64,000 bases of DNA from a virus, in the IMG/VR virus record IMGVR_UViG_3300023110_000006; one strand, 5' to 3'. Shown piece by piece: positions 23,101-32,622 of the stretch. The notes below the pieces were generated by a model. That model was not told where the DNA came from. It saw only the letters and a list, made by a program, of their open reading frames with translations, and searched no databases. A program made the translations under genes and the position numbers. How positions within the stretch are numbered: position 1 is the first letter of the stretch; every line of letters begins with the position of its first letter.

Positions 23101-26100
23101 TACGCTTATATCTCTGACTGTTTCATTTAAAGTAATTGTTATGACACTATTATTATTGTTAAAGCCAACTATTCTCAGTGAGCTTTCTGTATGTTGTAAA
23201 ACATCCCATGTTTGGTTGTTAGTGGCTACCCAGATATAAGCATGTTTGTCTATATCAGTAATGTTAAAATCTAATATACCGTCTTTAGTGGTAACTGCAC
23301 GGTTGACATCTTGTCCTGTTACATATCCTACTGTTTTTACAAAAAAATCATCGTTGTATTTTGTAGGTAATTTGTTTGTGTCATATCCTGTTGGTTTTAA
23401 AAATACATCATAGTTTGGTATTCTGTAAACAAGATCAGTTTTTCCTACTGGAACATTATCTACTAGTTCAATTGTTTGCGGCTCAACTTTAAATTGATTT
23501 TCGTCTAGTTGCCATTCAATTTCATCATAATTATCTGTAGCACCATAACTACCTGTTTTGATTGCCCATTCTTCGTTAAAATCTACACTTTCTTTGTTTG
23601 CACTAGCCAAACTATCAAATAGTTTATCAATACTATTACGTGTACCTTTGTCTTGTATAAATCCTTGGTAGAATTTAAACTGGCTTACATCATCATTTAT
23701 TATGTTTTCTAAATACTGTCTTTTTTGGTAGCCAGTTAAATGTTGAGCAAGTTTTTGTTGCTCTACATCGAAATTATCACTTTCTAATTCATAAAAATCT
23801 GTAAACTGATTAACTCTATAATCAAAGTTTGTAAGTAATTTAGGAGTAGGTTTAGAATCTAATTTATTCCATTTATTAGCAACAAATTTTTCAGTACCAG
23901 GCACTGTATTTTTTGCAGTATAATAAAATTCTTTATAAAGCACTGTGTCGCCAATAGCATAATCTTTGTATTGTTCCCAATCTGATACTTCAGCTTTATC
24001 GTATACGAATCCTGGAATATTTAAACTTCCATCCCAGCCATCGCTTACATAACCTAAAACTCTAATTCTTTCTTGCCTATATCCTGTCACAGGATCATAA
24101 ATTACATCACCGAACACACTTGTATTATCTAAAAGTGCCACATGTTCTATTTGAACTAAGGGTAGTTCAACAAAGTACACTCCGTCTGCGGTGTTTACTA
24201 ATGTTATATTGAAGTCATTACCAGATCTTGCTAATCTTGTAAATTCTCCTTTAAGTTGTTCACCACCTGCATTTTGCATTTTATTTTCATAAAATTTGTT
24301 TTGAAGATCATCAACTACATTGTATTCTTTTTTAAAGGTAATTTGATTAGCACTAGGACTTAGTGTTAAAACAGTACCCGGTGCCCATCCTTGAGTGGTC
24401 CAATACATAAATTCTTTAGTGCTTAATTTCCAATCTTCTACAGTTTGAGATTCTTGGTTGTAATAATCAAAAGTGAATCCTTGTGTTTCTAAATAGTTTC
24501 CGTAACCTAAAAGAAAATCAACAACTTCTTGTGTAGTATTAAAAACATGACCATAAGGAAGAGTTTCTACATCTGTATCAAAGGCAGTTCTAAATTGAGC
24601 AGTTACTCCGCCTCTTGTTGGTATTGTAGGAATTTTGGTATATTTGCTTGGATCAAAAACAGTTGTGCTTGTATGTTCTTCAACTACTTTATAAAAAGTA
24701 TTTTCATATCTAACATAACTGTCAATAGTATATTTTTTATCAGTATCCCATTCTACAAAACTTTCACTTACTCCTCCAACATTTATGTTAGGGTCATCTA
24801 CTCTTTGTTTTGCAGGTGTATAGTAAAATAAAGGATCTAATTTGTTATATCCTCTAATAACATATCCATATGATTGTTTTTCTATTATTACGCCGCTATA
24901 AGATACAATACTAGTAGGCGAACTTCTGTTTAATGCAACTGTATAATTTTCAAAAGGTAAAAATACGTTACCTTTATTAAACGGAGTTCTGCTGTCTAAA
25001 ATAAATCTCAATTTATTCTTATCTGTAAATGCGCCTAGTTTAATTCCTAGCTGTAACTTCAATCCTTTTAATTCTGCTTCATATTGATTATTTGTAATTT
25101 CACTATTTTTCAAAACATAATTTACAACATAATCTACAAAACCGCTTGTATAAACTCTTGTTACATCGCCATACAAATTACTAAATTCTAAGTTTTCTAT
25201 TGCAACTGGTTTATTTGTATTTCTGTAAACCCATTGTCCTGCAAGGTTTCTTTTTACAGCTGAAATATCCCAACCTAGTCCCATTACTTTAGAAGGTTGT
25301 GATAATAACCATGCTTTTACAATACTAAAAGGATATTCTCCACTTCTTCTCCAAGCAGTTTCTGCAGGGCTTTGATCACCAAACTTAAATCCTTTTCTTG
25401 CATAAGACTGTACATAGTCTTTTGCATATCCGCTGGCTAGTGGACTTATTAGATTACCATCTACATCAACAGGAATATGTTTTGAAAGATCTTGTCTAAC
25501 ATATTTTTCATTGTATATTACAGGTTTACCTGGTTCTGCAATTTTTCCTGCTTCTAAATCTTCCCATAGTATTAAGTTATCAGAAGTATACGGAGCAGGA
25601 CCATACTTTTTCTCCCACCATTTAGGTTTAATACTAAACCCTAGCATTTCCCAAGGTGTAGTATGAGGTGTGTCAGTGTCGTATGCTTCTTTATATACAT
25701 TTCTCCAGAACCCGTCAATTCTTATTTTGCCAGGGCCTGTCATGTCTGAGTAGTTGTAAGTAAAGCTGTCTGTCTCTAAGAAACTATTATTTGTAGTATA
25801 ATCTACTCCGCCTAGACTTTCTGACCATTTTACAAAGTCTTTTAACAAAATATTGTCTATTTGTTTTTTTGTAAACTTTGTATCTCTGTCTTTTGACGGT
25901 ACAAAGTCATTTATGTCTAACTTTGTTGTATCATAATTTACTTTACAGTTATTATAGATTCTTCTTTCTAATTCTAATAATAAATTGTCTCTAAAATCAT
26001 TATATCCTACTGTTTTACTTCCGTCATGTCCAATAATTACTGTTGTAGGTGTTCTATATGAATTATCAATTTCTATTCTAGGCAAAAACTTAGGATATAA

Positions 26101-29037
26101 ACCTAGTTTTGTAGGAGTAGGTGGTACAAAACTTCCGTCTGTACTTTCATACTCAAAAATTTCTATTTTGTCACCTTCTATTTTAGGTGCAGTTATTACA
26201 GCAAATCCGTCATTGTTAAATGTGTAATCTATATCATAAGCTAATTGTTGTCCGTTTTTATAAATTAGTACAGATTTATTTGACATTTTTGATAAATCAA
26301 ATACTTCACTTAAACTAAAAAAGTTATTTTCTTCATCGTATACTGTAAACTCTAATCTTTTATAACCTTGGTAAGGAATCATGTCACTAAAATAAAAAGG
26401 ATCATTAGTAGTTTTTGTTTTGAATGCTTCCTTTAGTATTCTATCAACATGTTGTCTAACAGGTCCTTCATAACCTAATGTGTCAGCAATTTGTATAAAA
26501 GATCTTTTAAATGTTCTATATTCTTTTCTAGCAAAGTCTATAGCTTTTACTATGTTGCCGCCTTGTGTTGTAATATGGTAAAAAGGTAATACAGCAGGGC
26601 CTGCATGTTGTAAGAATTTTTTACCAAATTGGTTAACATCTCCTAAGTCACCTAAGTTACTGTTACCGGGAAACTCTCCTTTAAAATCTTTTAAGTCTTC
26701 TATCATGCCAAAAACATGATCGTTAATTTCGCCTAAAGTAAATGTTGATAAATCTTTATTTGCACTATTTCTTTCTAGTCCAAACGGAAATTCGTAATGT
26801 CCGTTTTGATTTTTAGATGTAGCACTATGAGTTTTAATAATAACTTTTGCTTCGCCTTCAATAGGTGTGTCGAAAGTTACAATAGCTTTTTCATTTTGTT
26901 TTGACAAACTCCAGTCATATCTATACTTGTTGTCTACTAATACAGAAATATCTAAGTCTGTTAAAAGACCGCTTTTATCATAAACATCTATCTCAAATGC
27001 TTGTGCAGTATCTACGATATTATATTGTGCAACAACTTTTTGCCTTAGGTCATTTTTACCTTTTGTCCAACCATTTTTATATTCAAACGTACTAATATCT
27101 GAATACTTACGCAAAAATCCTTCTTTTGTTTTTTTGCTTACTACATTATTATTTTCTTGGTATGTAAAAGAGTTTGTAACTAGATCAAAATTAAACGTAA
27201 TATCTCCTACGTTTTCTAATGCTCTGTAAACTAAAGGAAACCCTAGTTCGACGTCATCGGTGCCTGTACCAACAGCATAAGAAAATAATTTAGTTCCTTC
27301 AAATGTTGTTGTGGAATATACAGATGTATCACTAAAACTTACACCGTTTTCGTCAAATAAATCAAAATGCGGTTGTTGATTTAATTTTGTTTTTTCCTGT
27401 CCTTTAATCCACTTTGTTCCATTATACCACCAATGTTTTCCTCCGTTTTCAGTTCCTTTTTTAATTAGAACTACATCATTATTTTGTGGATTTGCATTAG
27501 TGTCTTCTATAAGAGCAATTTGTGGCACTGTTCTATTATGTGTGATAAACTTAACAAGATATATTTTATTATTAACACGGATATCAGTATCTGCAACAAA
27601 CAATACACGCATGCCGTCAGTTAAATCTACTCCGTCAATATTATATCCTACACCGCCTTCAATGTCACTAAACACATCTTTACTTTGTGTGTCAATAATA
27701 TCAATATCGTATGCTTTCGATTGTGTTCCAAAATTATTTAATTTTATACCAGCTTCGAATTCTATAATAGGTCTTTTAGCTCTTTGTGATTGGTCAATAT
27801 CAACTATATTACCATTTAATTCTGCGGCTTTTTCGATAACACTACGATGGAACCATTTGTTGTTACGTGACCAAGCGTTCCTGTCAGGAGATGCCCTGTT
27901 AATTACAATATAATCTTTATTAGCACTGTAACTAGCCGCATTACCATAAGGCAGTCTATCAAAACTTTGTCCATCAAACGGTATAGGAACATCGTCAGCA
28001 TACGCAAGATTAATTACTAAATCTTGCTCGTTTATTAATTTAATTGAACTACCAACACCTTCTACAATATATTCACCTAACGCAAATTTTGCAGGTGTTA
28101 CATCTCCTGCAAAATTAATTTTCATTCCGTTTTGTAAATTAAAACCTTTTGCAGTTTTATAAGTTTTTTTACCTAATATTTCTGCTTCTACATCTATTGC
28201 TGTTGCTTCGTCTGCATCAGATATTCTAATTATGCCGCCTGCATTGATATTGTTACTATCTACATAATATAATCTATTAGGTGCATCGTTAGGAACAGTA
28301 AAAGTAATTGTTCCTTCTTCTATATTATTATTAATTAAAGAATTATCTTCATAGATAAATTCATCATCTAAGTTTCTTTCTGTTCTAATACTGAATTTCA
28401 TTTCAGGAGTGCTTACCTGAAAATTATAAGTTTGTCCTCTGAATAATTCAATAGTTGCATTTTGTTCTAAATTACTATTAAAAACAAATGCAGGACTAAT
28501 ATCATTTTGAACACTGTTAACTAAAAAAGTAGTTTCTATTTCTGTGCTTTGTCCTACAACTTGTACAGATGCTGGACCGTTTGGTAGCCAAAAGTATTCT
28601 CTAAAGTTTACAAGTTTATCCCAATCTACATTAGGATTCCAAGAATAATATTCTGCTTGATTAAGTTTACTATGGTTAGTAACATCACTACCAAAATTTC
28701 TTAACTGGTTAATATAATCATTATAATCTTTGTAATAATTTACATTGTCTAATAAATCTTTATTTACAACTACAGGTTCTAATTGATATGTTTCTCTGTC
28801 AGAGTTAATATCTTCTACATAATTGTCTGCAACACGAAACGCTTTTGCATCACGTCTGCCGTAATAACCATTTAACTTTACTGCAACACCCGGTTGAGTA
28901 ATTTGATCTAAAGTTCCATCTAAAAACTTTTCATTTTTTGGAGTACGAAAATACTTAGGAAGAAAGTCTTTTGTTTTTCTTCCTCTTTTGCCGCCAGCTG
29001 GTAACGGGCTTTCATTTTGCTTGTTATCGTATGCCAT
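14185..29037 (-). CDS. giant (4950 aa) baseplate wedge/virion protein, gp7-like position
   Basis: Uninterrupted 14.85-kb ORF coupled to gp6 (TAATG overlap), with beta-propeller-like FG repeats and CBM-like aromatic modules. Confidence 0.7.
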   Translation of the reverse strand: MAYDNKQNESPLPAGGKRGRKTKDFLPKYFRTPKNEKFLDGTLDQITQPGVAVKLNGYYGRRDAKAFRVADNYVEDINSDRETYQLEPVVVNKDLLDNVNYYKDYNDYINQLRNFGSDVTNHSKLNQAEYYSWNPNVDWDKLVNFREYFWLPNGPASVQVVGQSTEIETTFLVNSVQNDISPAFVFNSNLEQNATIELFRGQTYNFQVSTPEMKFSIRTERNLDDEFIYEDNSLINNNIEEGTITFTVPNDAPNRLYYVDSNNINAGGIIRISDADEATAIDVEAEILGKKTYKTAKGFNLQNGMKINFAGDVTPAKFALGEYIVEGVGSSIKLINEQDLVINLAYADDVPIPFDGQSFDRLPYGNAASYSANKDYIVINRASPDRNAWSRNNKWFHRSVIEKAAELNGNIVDIDQSQRAKRPIIEFEAGIKLNNFGTQSKAYDIDIIDTQSKDVFSDIEGGVGYNIDGVDLTDGMRVLFVADTDIRVNNKIYLVKFITHNRTVPQIALIEDTNANPQNNDVVLIKKGTENGGKHWWYNGTKWIKGQEKTKLNQQPHFDLFDENGVSFSDTSVYSTTTFEGTKLFSYAVGTGTDDVELGFPLVYRALENVGDITFNFDLVTNSFTYQENNNVVSKKTKEGFLRKYSDISTFEYKNGWTKGKNDLRQKVVAQYNIVDTAQAFEIDVYDKSGLLTDLDISVLVDNKYRYDWSLSKQNEKAIVTFDTPIEGEAKVIIKTHSATSKNQNGHYEFPFGLERNSANKDLSTFTLGEINDHVFGMIEDLKDFKGEFPGNSNLGDLGDVNQFGKKFLQHAGPAVLPFYHITTQGGNIVKAIDFARKEYRTFKRSFIQIADTLGYEGPVRQHVDRILKEAFKTKTTNDPFYFSDMIPYQGYKRLEFTVYDEENNFFSLSEVFDLSKMSNKSVLIYKNGQQLAYDIDYTFNNDGFAVITAPKIEGDKIEIFEYESTDGSFVPPTPTKLGLYPKFLPRIEIDNSYRTPTTVIIGHDGSKTVGYNDFRDNLLLELERRIYNNCKVNYDTTKLDINDFVPSKDRDTKFTKKQIDNILLKDFVKWSESLGGVDYTTNNSFLETDSFTYNYSDMTGPGKIRIDGFWRNVYKEAYDTDTPHTTPWEMLGFSIKPKWWEKKYGPAPYTSDNLILWEDLEAGKIAEPGKPVIYNEKYVRQDLSKHIPVDVDGNLISPLASGYAKDYVQSYARKGFKFGDQSPAETAWRRSGEYPFSIVKAWLLSQPSKVMGLGWDISAVKRNLAGQWVYRNTNKPVAIENLEFSNLYGDVTRVYTSGFVDYVVNYVLKNSEITNNQYEAELKGLKLQLGIKLGAFTDKNKLRFILDSRTPFNKGNVFLPFENYTVALNRSSPTSIVSYSGVIIEKQSYGYVIRGYNKLDPLFYYTPAKQRVDDPNINVGGVSESFVEWDTDKKYTIDSYVRYENTFYKVVEEHTSTTVFDPSKYTKIPTIPTRGGVTAQFRTAFDTDVETLPYGHVFNTTQEVVDFLLGYGNYLETQGFTFDYYNQESQTVEDWKLSTKEFMYWTTQGWAPGTVLTLSPSANQITFKKEYNVVDDLQNKFYENKMQNAGGEQLKGEFTRLARSGNDFNITLVNTADGVYFVELPLVQIEHVALLDNTSVFGDVIYDPVTGYRQERIRVLGYVSDGWDGSLNIPGFVYDKAEVSDWEQYKDYAIGDTVLYKEFYYTAKNTVPGTEKFVANKWNKLDSKPTPKLLTNFDYRVNQFTDFYELESDNFDVEQQKLAQHLTGYQKRQYLENIINDDVSQFKFYQGFIQDKGTRNSIDKLFDSLASANKESVDFNEEWAIKTGSYGATDNYDEIEWQLDENQFKVEPQTIELVDNVPVGKTDLVYRIPNYDVFLKPTGYDTNKLPTKYNDDFFVKTVGYVTGQDVNRAVTTKDGILDFNITDIDKHAYIWVATNNQTWDVLQHTESSLRIVGFNNNNSVITITLNETVRDISVGDIFGITNMNTTTYTNMDGFYKATKVYNNIIEFTTTKDDYSNYDDANPQGTISFFTSQREADLQSANDNVTSSLKQNEIIWVDNDDNNKWTVLKNNKVYNEHQKILSSIELDSSFHGFGHSISVNESNTVMAVGIPYKGNGQVHIYKRASDSTNFVLDQILDAPISVIGNTSVAPQFGESVAVSPDGLYVVVGSPKASSVYSFYQGEFNPSRAYNKRQIVKYGPNLFEAIQAIDPSTSAIEFSSFDSFVNIVSQSDSSLVNLLQAGDYKLNNQQTSHVLVRAPYTAYNASAVGDTLVLNWNNFSYVHPEGYNVDVQPFNGEFPAITDGVISDQHTIQKKVDNVLVVQNYVNLPSVGETISSAVASGEIVHVANNIETLTIYVSNVNGTFEQSGTLFVGNLRIGDFSEDFQDNTNVLGGYWWIDTPTYTTSNDSSNVFTDPGHGLVYVDILTAASGRTTPNFYYNITPTEVTAQNNQTQLLLPVTLNEQASFMETLTYEGDPNNNFAVYPSPLWTVRGPATFTSTLSNGDKFYMDVDVINTDFTDTAIDRTLINKEHTVSDLWDGYIDFEFTQFQNVGGQQLPFELVIGDTVRDSVTGAEAEVAFYKRQFNDVRIYVKNVTGTWSVGDNFGTTANILRIRANARPIGEIKQVSIAGSLVGKIIVIEEDSNFANVAQSQLTNFEYFFYDVDTLQGIPRDPNIPSSNNNDWNLVNNLIVKDGPGTTVSGLTEEGMFTVYDISNTGQYQVYNSYTVPERQNYKRLGDEISFSKDGGIYRISVASNGNNTSNNAGSIHFIKHGTDTDANTFDFNLDINPLFRGEFDSQTFYKQNEIVEYLGKPYQALRNIASGSAFIQADWTALDIGISHVGYIPNTPLNAFVGEETFDPEFGIRDFAKSFDQTPDGSVMIVSSRIQGNDSTGERIVNVYRQLPGGQYILSQSIEAPYVDLSTGNLSGFGDAVSISTDGEMIAISETFNDNIKRDQGVVYVYTLQNQQFVLNQTLKSPNNEQTEHFGAYINFDGNQLAVTSLNGDIEIPNTFDNDTTTFDDGFTKFKKASNIDAGVIFMYERINKSLIYSEQFIFDDPNAIQFGKNLLVKQNHVYTAIPEMTDLATYQGIIVDFRKPIGSKAWNTHRSPIDQIDIPNIKNLFLYNTETNTLVQSLDFIDPVQGKIAGPAEQEISYKTYYDPATYSIGDDTVVVDEQNSWGADHVGQLWWDIGAVKYYNYYQNDIQYQTNYWGKPFPNGIVNVYEWVMTDLLPAEWNEIADTNDGLDRGISGISRYGDEVYSTRLVWDSVAGRSKPKYFYWVANKKVLPSVENRKLTAFAVRQLINDPAGQGYAFAALQSKDRMALFNVKPLLSGNNVALNLSYYTLDNQEQNRHLEYQILTDGIGSSRPNRDIELKWFDSLIGYDRKDRQVPDPRLSAKAKYGINNKPRQSMFVNRTEALKEVIERANGVLIKNIIVDEFDISRLRESDPQPNITSRRYDLAIDTFQDLPFVGVAKRITAELTPTIIDGRIVSVAITNPGRGYIDPSYTETLTSRLGPTVTVNGIGTDAIIETTIDEVGKITSVNIVDPGEGYDSATTLTVRNFTVLVVNDDTVSNKWSLYNYNGSKWNRTVAQRFDTNLFWEYKDWYEDGFNAFTEIKDLIDYSYQLDGLQNNVGDIVKISSVGTGGWLLLEKIDDQQNVDYTVNYAVVGKQNATIQFKSGLYDVENNLTGFDSNTFDTNFYDNQPVTETRIILEVLRDNLFVDNLNDEYNKLFVASLRYAFKEQPNIDWAFKTSFIQAVHNVGDLSQRITFKNDSIESYQDYINEVKPYKTKVRQYVSSYEKVEPTNTTISDFDLPPRYDYIKQKIIPTNTKINNNVITNLPDSIDQYPDKWWKDNVGYEIKEITIGKTGNLYVLPPKVTIEGGGGSGATAKAYLSNSKLSKIEILTPGSGYTSIPDVVLNGSVSDGGEFGSASAVLGNGKVRAMHVITKFDRVSGTPYILEVKKSETFTGTAVTSVFNLKWPMNLNGAKVKVYLNGVESLRSEYTFENYIDKTKTYTREKGRIIFTDAPKLGTVVKVDYELSPNLLTAQDRIEMYYAPTSGMLGKDITQLMEGVDFGGVEVKSFDFKGSGGFEVDGYGTVPYDIYDNTYEDIIVQLDGSTVEFSWDNPLENGVVYNVYKNNVRIDDPNYLHDSSRGANPNAIMRSITGDGQQTTLNLDDLVIPSTNGDVFILRKVTSDGSFKPDSASYDTQLSGGALSYNNAKGIDAAEIIVDGDNFITPMTTTGPEELVPGRIADTVDIQVYHRPDDGASEIISKFWTTDGVNGTFDLGQHPNSIDAVWVKLDNATIKKVDYTIDWVNDTLTFDTIPTAGKVLNIVTMGNSGEKILDIDKFVADGSTNTFVTNAIWTDNATHFANINGVEISSQLYKTDDGLIGIEFNVAPQIGQVVDYGIFYGSNKSYSSTTTHTFVGDGSTTVFDIQTDSIGGLPTQHNTIVSVNDVILQAGYNIEMLIEANEREYFIEDWQYYSNSVKTSEVEVYLNDELLRKAIDYRWNSTANSITLTQGIGVVGDKLEIFLMADGEYAFGYVGTDETSTQRFISTRDKVYFDTAPVLGSTVEVQMFSNHDIQNLTRTKYDFLTRKTLVGGTQAFADYVSLANGIIKLRKEASHAQDVWVFLNGDRLVANVDYRTTDDPYYIKILKNISANDTIEYIEWSQEKLTVKFGFREFKDILNRVHYKRIDDNTKYKLASDLNWFDTKIDLVDATGLNAPSKASKIPGVVFINGERIEYFVKQGNSLRQIRRGTLGTGVNTLLTTGTEVIEQGPSENIPYRDETITQIFTADGVASTYELDFDASAIATQYKQDSGSTKTVAEITADLFEVFVAGRRLRKSAISVYQTDTKDAQGNFVTRFVDQDSPEGDITANAEFTLNGNTIQLAETPTDGQKIVVIRRIGKTWTNLGESLADADNDIANFIRARTTELPN

Positions 29038-32000
29038 TAGTAACCATAACCTCCACCGGAATTACTATTTGTATCTAAGCCGCCTCCTGTTGAGCCGGAT
29101 GATATAACACTACCTGAAGATGAACTTTGAACTCCAGTGTTTGCAGTTTCTTGACTTGCGGTTACTACGTTACCTGTTGCTTTTAGTCTGCCTGCTGTAA
29201 CTGCATCTATAATTTCTACATTATTAACTGTTGCACTGTTTACAAAAATTTCATCAGCTTCTGATTTTATTTCAAACAAACTACCAAATGACTGATCGCT
29301 TGCATTTGGTACAATTACAATACTAACAACGTCTGGAGTAAGTTCATTCATAATAAATGTACTCAATTCAGTAAAGTAAAAACTTTCTCCAAATTCCCAA
29401 TTATCTAAATTAAAGAATGTGTTAATGGCACTAATTACTCTTGATTTTATTTCATTGTCATTTACAACTGTATCAGGATTCTTTACTATTTTAAATGTTG
29501 CTTGCAAACTTGTCTCAGCTTTCGATCCAAATAAAGGTTTATATTTTACAGGATGATAAATTACTTCATCACTTATACTTTTTATCTTATCTAATTCTGT
29601 ACCATAGCTTTGGAACAATTGATCCGCACTTGCAGGAATTGGTTTTTGTGCTATATCTCCTGCTAACCATTGTCTATAAAAAGTATCATAACTTCTTGTT
29701 AGCAAATATGTGTCAATAATATTCGAAGCCGCAGGATCAATTCTTTGATTGTAATCAGCACTGTGTAGGTAACGGAATTTAAGTTTATCTCTACCAATGT
29801 AACCTCTATAATCTTCAATAATGTTTAAATTTTTCTTGGCATTGTCTAGTTTGTAAAATAATGAAGTTGATCTATCAAAAAATAGTTGTCCAGCATTGTA
29901 TTGACTATATGCACCTATAGCACTTGTAGAAGCAACAATATTAATGCCTTCTTCTGTAGCGTCTACAAATTTGAAATCCTCAACTTGGTCTGTAGTGATG
30001 TATTTTTTAACAAATATATATTTTTCTGCAGGATTAACAGTTTCTGCAACAATGTCTACAAATCCTTCAGGATTATCCACAACACCGTCATCGTCTACAT
30101 CAAAAAATCCAATTTCTATTTTTTTAGTATCAATATAACCTTCTGCATCTCTATATTCTTTAACCACTTCAAAATCATAACTTCTTGTAAGTGGGCTTGT
30201 AGTATCCGGTTTTGGATTGATTTCTAAAACTTCAACTTTATCTTTAATAATTTTTCCTGTCAAATTATCATATGTTTTGTTGGTGCTATCATAAAAGAAT
30301 TTTATTTCTTTATCACTTTCAAAAACATACGTTAATGTACGATAAGTGATATCATATTTTTCACCATCAGTTTTAAAATATAGTAACCAACTTGCATCTA
30401 GATTTTGATTGCTTGTATCACCTGATTTACCTGTGCTAAACGAAGAAACAGTATCTATATTTTGATTTGTAATTAATCGCCAAGTTCTTGTTTCTACATC
30501 ATATCTTAAACCAAATGTGTTGGTTGCAAACGCTTGGTCAATAATTTGTGTTTTAACTGCATCAATAATTACGTTTGCTAACTTAGGTTTAACTTCTTGA
30601 AGGATTGCATCAGTAGGAATAATATCATTTAAAACAATCGGTCCTAATCCGTTGTCTGCTATAATTGTTCCATTACCTGATACACTAATAACTTTTGTCC
30701 AAAGATAATCCACTGCACCAGGATGATTGCTTTGACCTGCCATCAAAATGTTTTTCTTATTAGTCATAAAATGATAGCCTTGCGGTGCAACAAATTTTAA
30801 GAGTGTTCCCGGTTCTACAAATCTTAAATTGTTTGCAGTAAATGTATTAACAGGATATGCAAACGCATTTGGGTTACTTGCTTCTGGTTGTTGTGTAAAA
30901 TAACCTGTTGTTCTGTTTGTATCTGCTGTGCTTGATACCCATGAAGCGTCTAAATCAGACGTTAAAATTTTTGTAAAGTTTGCAAGATAATAATTTTGTA
31001 TTTTTCTATCTCTTATAATAGGTTCAATTACATTAGTTATTGCACTCTCGATATCAGTTTGTGTAATAAAATCAAAACTTGTTCTTAGATCTTTTGTTTG
31101 CTTATAGATAACACCGTCGTTTGCATACAAGTTTGTGCTACTGTATTTTCCTGTTGTATCTTTTAGATCAAAATATCTACTTATTCCACTAGCATTTCTG
31201 TTAACACTTTTTACTTTTACTATTTCTTGGCTTATACCTAATGGTGCAACATTATAATCTTCTGCTGTTATCATTCTATTTTGTGTATAAAATGTTGCAG
31301 GTGCATTTGCTTTTATACTTGCATTTGTTTCACTTACACTAGCATTAGATACTGTATTATTTAAACTTGCAGTAATTGTTAACGTTTCAGGTATACCTGT
31401 TTTGCTTAGATAGGGAATTAAAATCCTTATGTTTTGCATTTCTTCAGGTTTAATTGTGTATCTTTGATTTGCGCCTGTTCTATAAACAGCTTTAAATCTT
31501 CCTTTTGGCAGATTTCCAAAAACACCATCACTAAAAACTAAACTAATCCTATCTTGAATTCTTGTTTTGACAGCAAATAAATTTCTTATATTTTTATTAA
31601 TACTATTATAAATGACATTGTTACCTTCAACTGCATCTACTTTAGTCCATTCTGCAACTTCTTGTCCTGTATCGTCTAGCTCAAACAACCAAACATCTTT
31701 ATCGTTAATGTTGATTGCATCAATATCAATAATTTGATTTGTAGTTGGATTTGTTACTGCAAACTCTCCTTCGTCGAGTGTTCCTTGTTTAAACTGTAAG
31801 AAGAATCCTGTATTAGTACTTGCTGGTCCTTGATTGTCATCTTTGTACAAACATGCTAGACTGTTACCAACAATAGGAAGTTCTTCAGACACTGTACCAG
31901 ATTCTAAATCACTACTAACAACTTCAAATGGTAGTGTTTGTCCTTGCACTGTAGAACTGTATGTATAGATAGGTCTATCTGTGTTTAGAGCATTAAATCT

Positions 32001-32561
32001 ATATTGATAGTGCGGTATGCTTGCTACTGTTTCAATTTTTAATGGTTTGCCAAATTGATTTTGTCCTCCCAAACAAGCATTCATTACTTTAATAAATTGT
32101 TCATACCAATCAGGATTACTTGGATCATTCCAATTAATTCTTTGTCCTGCAAGGTTAAAATTATTACTGTCTAGTACATCTTCACTTGTATTAATACTAT
32201 CAATTTTTAACATGCCAGTCGCTGATTGATTTCTTTTAGGATTATAAGACAATAGTCTTGCTAGACGTAGTACGCTTTCGCGACGTTCTGCTAATTCAAG
32301 GAAGTTTTCTCTAGCATTTAAATCAACACGGAAACTTATATTTTGTCCTAGGAATGCAATTAGATCAATTAGTGCTAGGTATTCTGAACTTTCAATATAA
32401 TCATTAAAATCCTCAGGATAATTTTGTCTGAGGTAGTTTATCATTGTTCTGCGTAAATTGTCAAAGTCATAACTTTGAAAATCTGCGTTCTTAAAACTTT
32501 GATATATGCGTTTCCAATCTTCGGCAACCAATAATCGATTTTGTCTGTCTGTTGATGACAT
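29037..32561 (-). CDS. baseplate wedge subunit gp6-like
   Basis: YDFDNLRRTMINYL...FNDYIESSE...ENFLELAERRESVLRLARLLSYNPKR and QNRMITAEDY are gp6/baseplate J motifs. Confidence 0.85.
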   Translation of the reverse strand: MSSTDRQNRLLVAEDWKRIYQSFKNADFQSYDFDNLRRTMINYLRQNYPEDFNDYIESSEYLALIDLIAFLGQNISFRVDLNARENFLELAERRESVLRLARLLSYNPKRNQSATGMLKIDSINTSEDVLDSNNFNLAGQRINWNDPSNPDWYEQFIKVMNACLGGQNQFGKPLKIETVASIPHYQYRFNALNTDRPIYTYSSTVQGQTLPFEVVSSDLESGTVSEELPIVGNSLACLYKDDNQGPASTNTGFFLQFKQGTLDEGEFAVTNPTTNQIIDIDAININDKDVWLFELDDTGQEVAEWTKVDAVEGNNVIYNSINKNIRNLFAVKTRIQDRISLVFSDGVFGNLPKGRFKAVYRTGANQRYTIKPEEMQNIRILIPYLSKTGIPETLTITASLNNTVSNASVSETNASIKANAPATFYTQNRMITAEDYNVAPLGISQEIVKVKSVNRNASGISRYFDLKDTTGKYSSTNLYANDGVIYKQTKDLRTSFDFITQTDIESAITNVIEPIIRDRKIQNYYLANFTKILTSDLDASWVSSTADTNRTTGYFTQQPEASNPNAFAYPVNTFTANNLRFVEPGTLLKFVAPQGYHFMTNKKNILMAGQSNHPGAVDYLWTKVISVSGNGTIIADNGLGPIVLNDIIPTDAILQEVKPKLANVIIDAVKTQIIDQAFATNTFGLRYDVETRTWRLITNQNIDTVSSFSTGKSGDTSNQNLDASWLLYFKTDGEKYDITYRTLTYVFESDKEIKFFYDSTNKTYDNLTGKIIKDKVEVLEINPKPDTTSPLTRSYDFEVVKEYRDAEGYIDTKKIEIGFFDVDDDGVVDNPEGFVDIVAETVNPAEKYIFVKKYITTDQVEDFKFVDATEEGINIVASTSAIGAYSQYNAGQLFFDRSTSLFYKLDNAKKNLNIIEDYRGYIGRDKLKFRYLHSADYNQRIDPAASNIIDTYLLTRSYDTFYRQWLAGDIAQKPIPASADQLFQSYGTELDKIKSISDEVIYHPVKYKPLFGSKAETSLQATFKIVKNPDTVVNDNEIKSRVISAINTFFNLDNWEFGESFYFTELSTFIMNELTPDVVSIVIVPNASDQSFGSLFEIKSEADEIFVNSATVNNVEIIDAVTAGRLKATGNVVTASQETANTGVQSSSSGSVISSGSTGGGLDTNSNSGGGYGY

Positions 32562-32622
32562 ATTACATTCCTTAGTTAACTATTGTATTTATTTGAGATT
32601 GTAAAGTGCGTATATTATTTTG

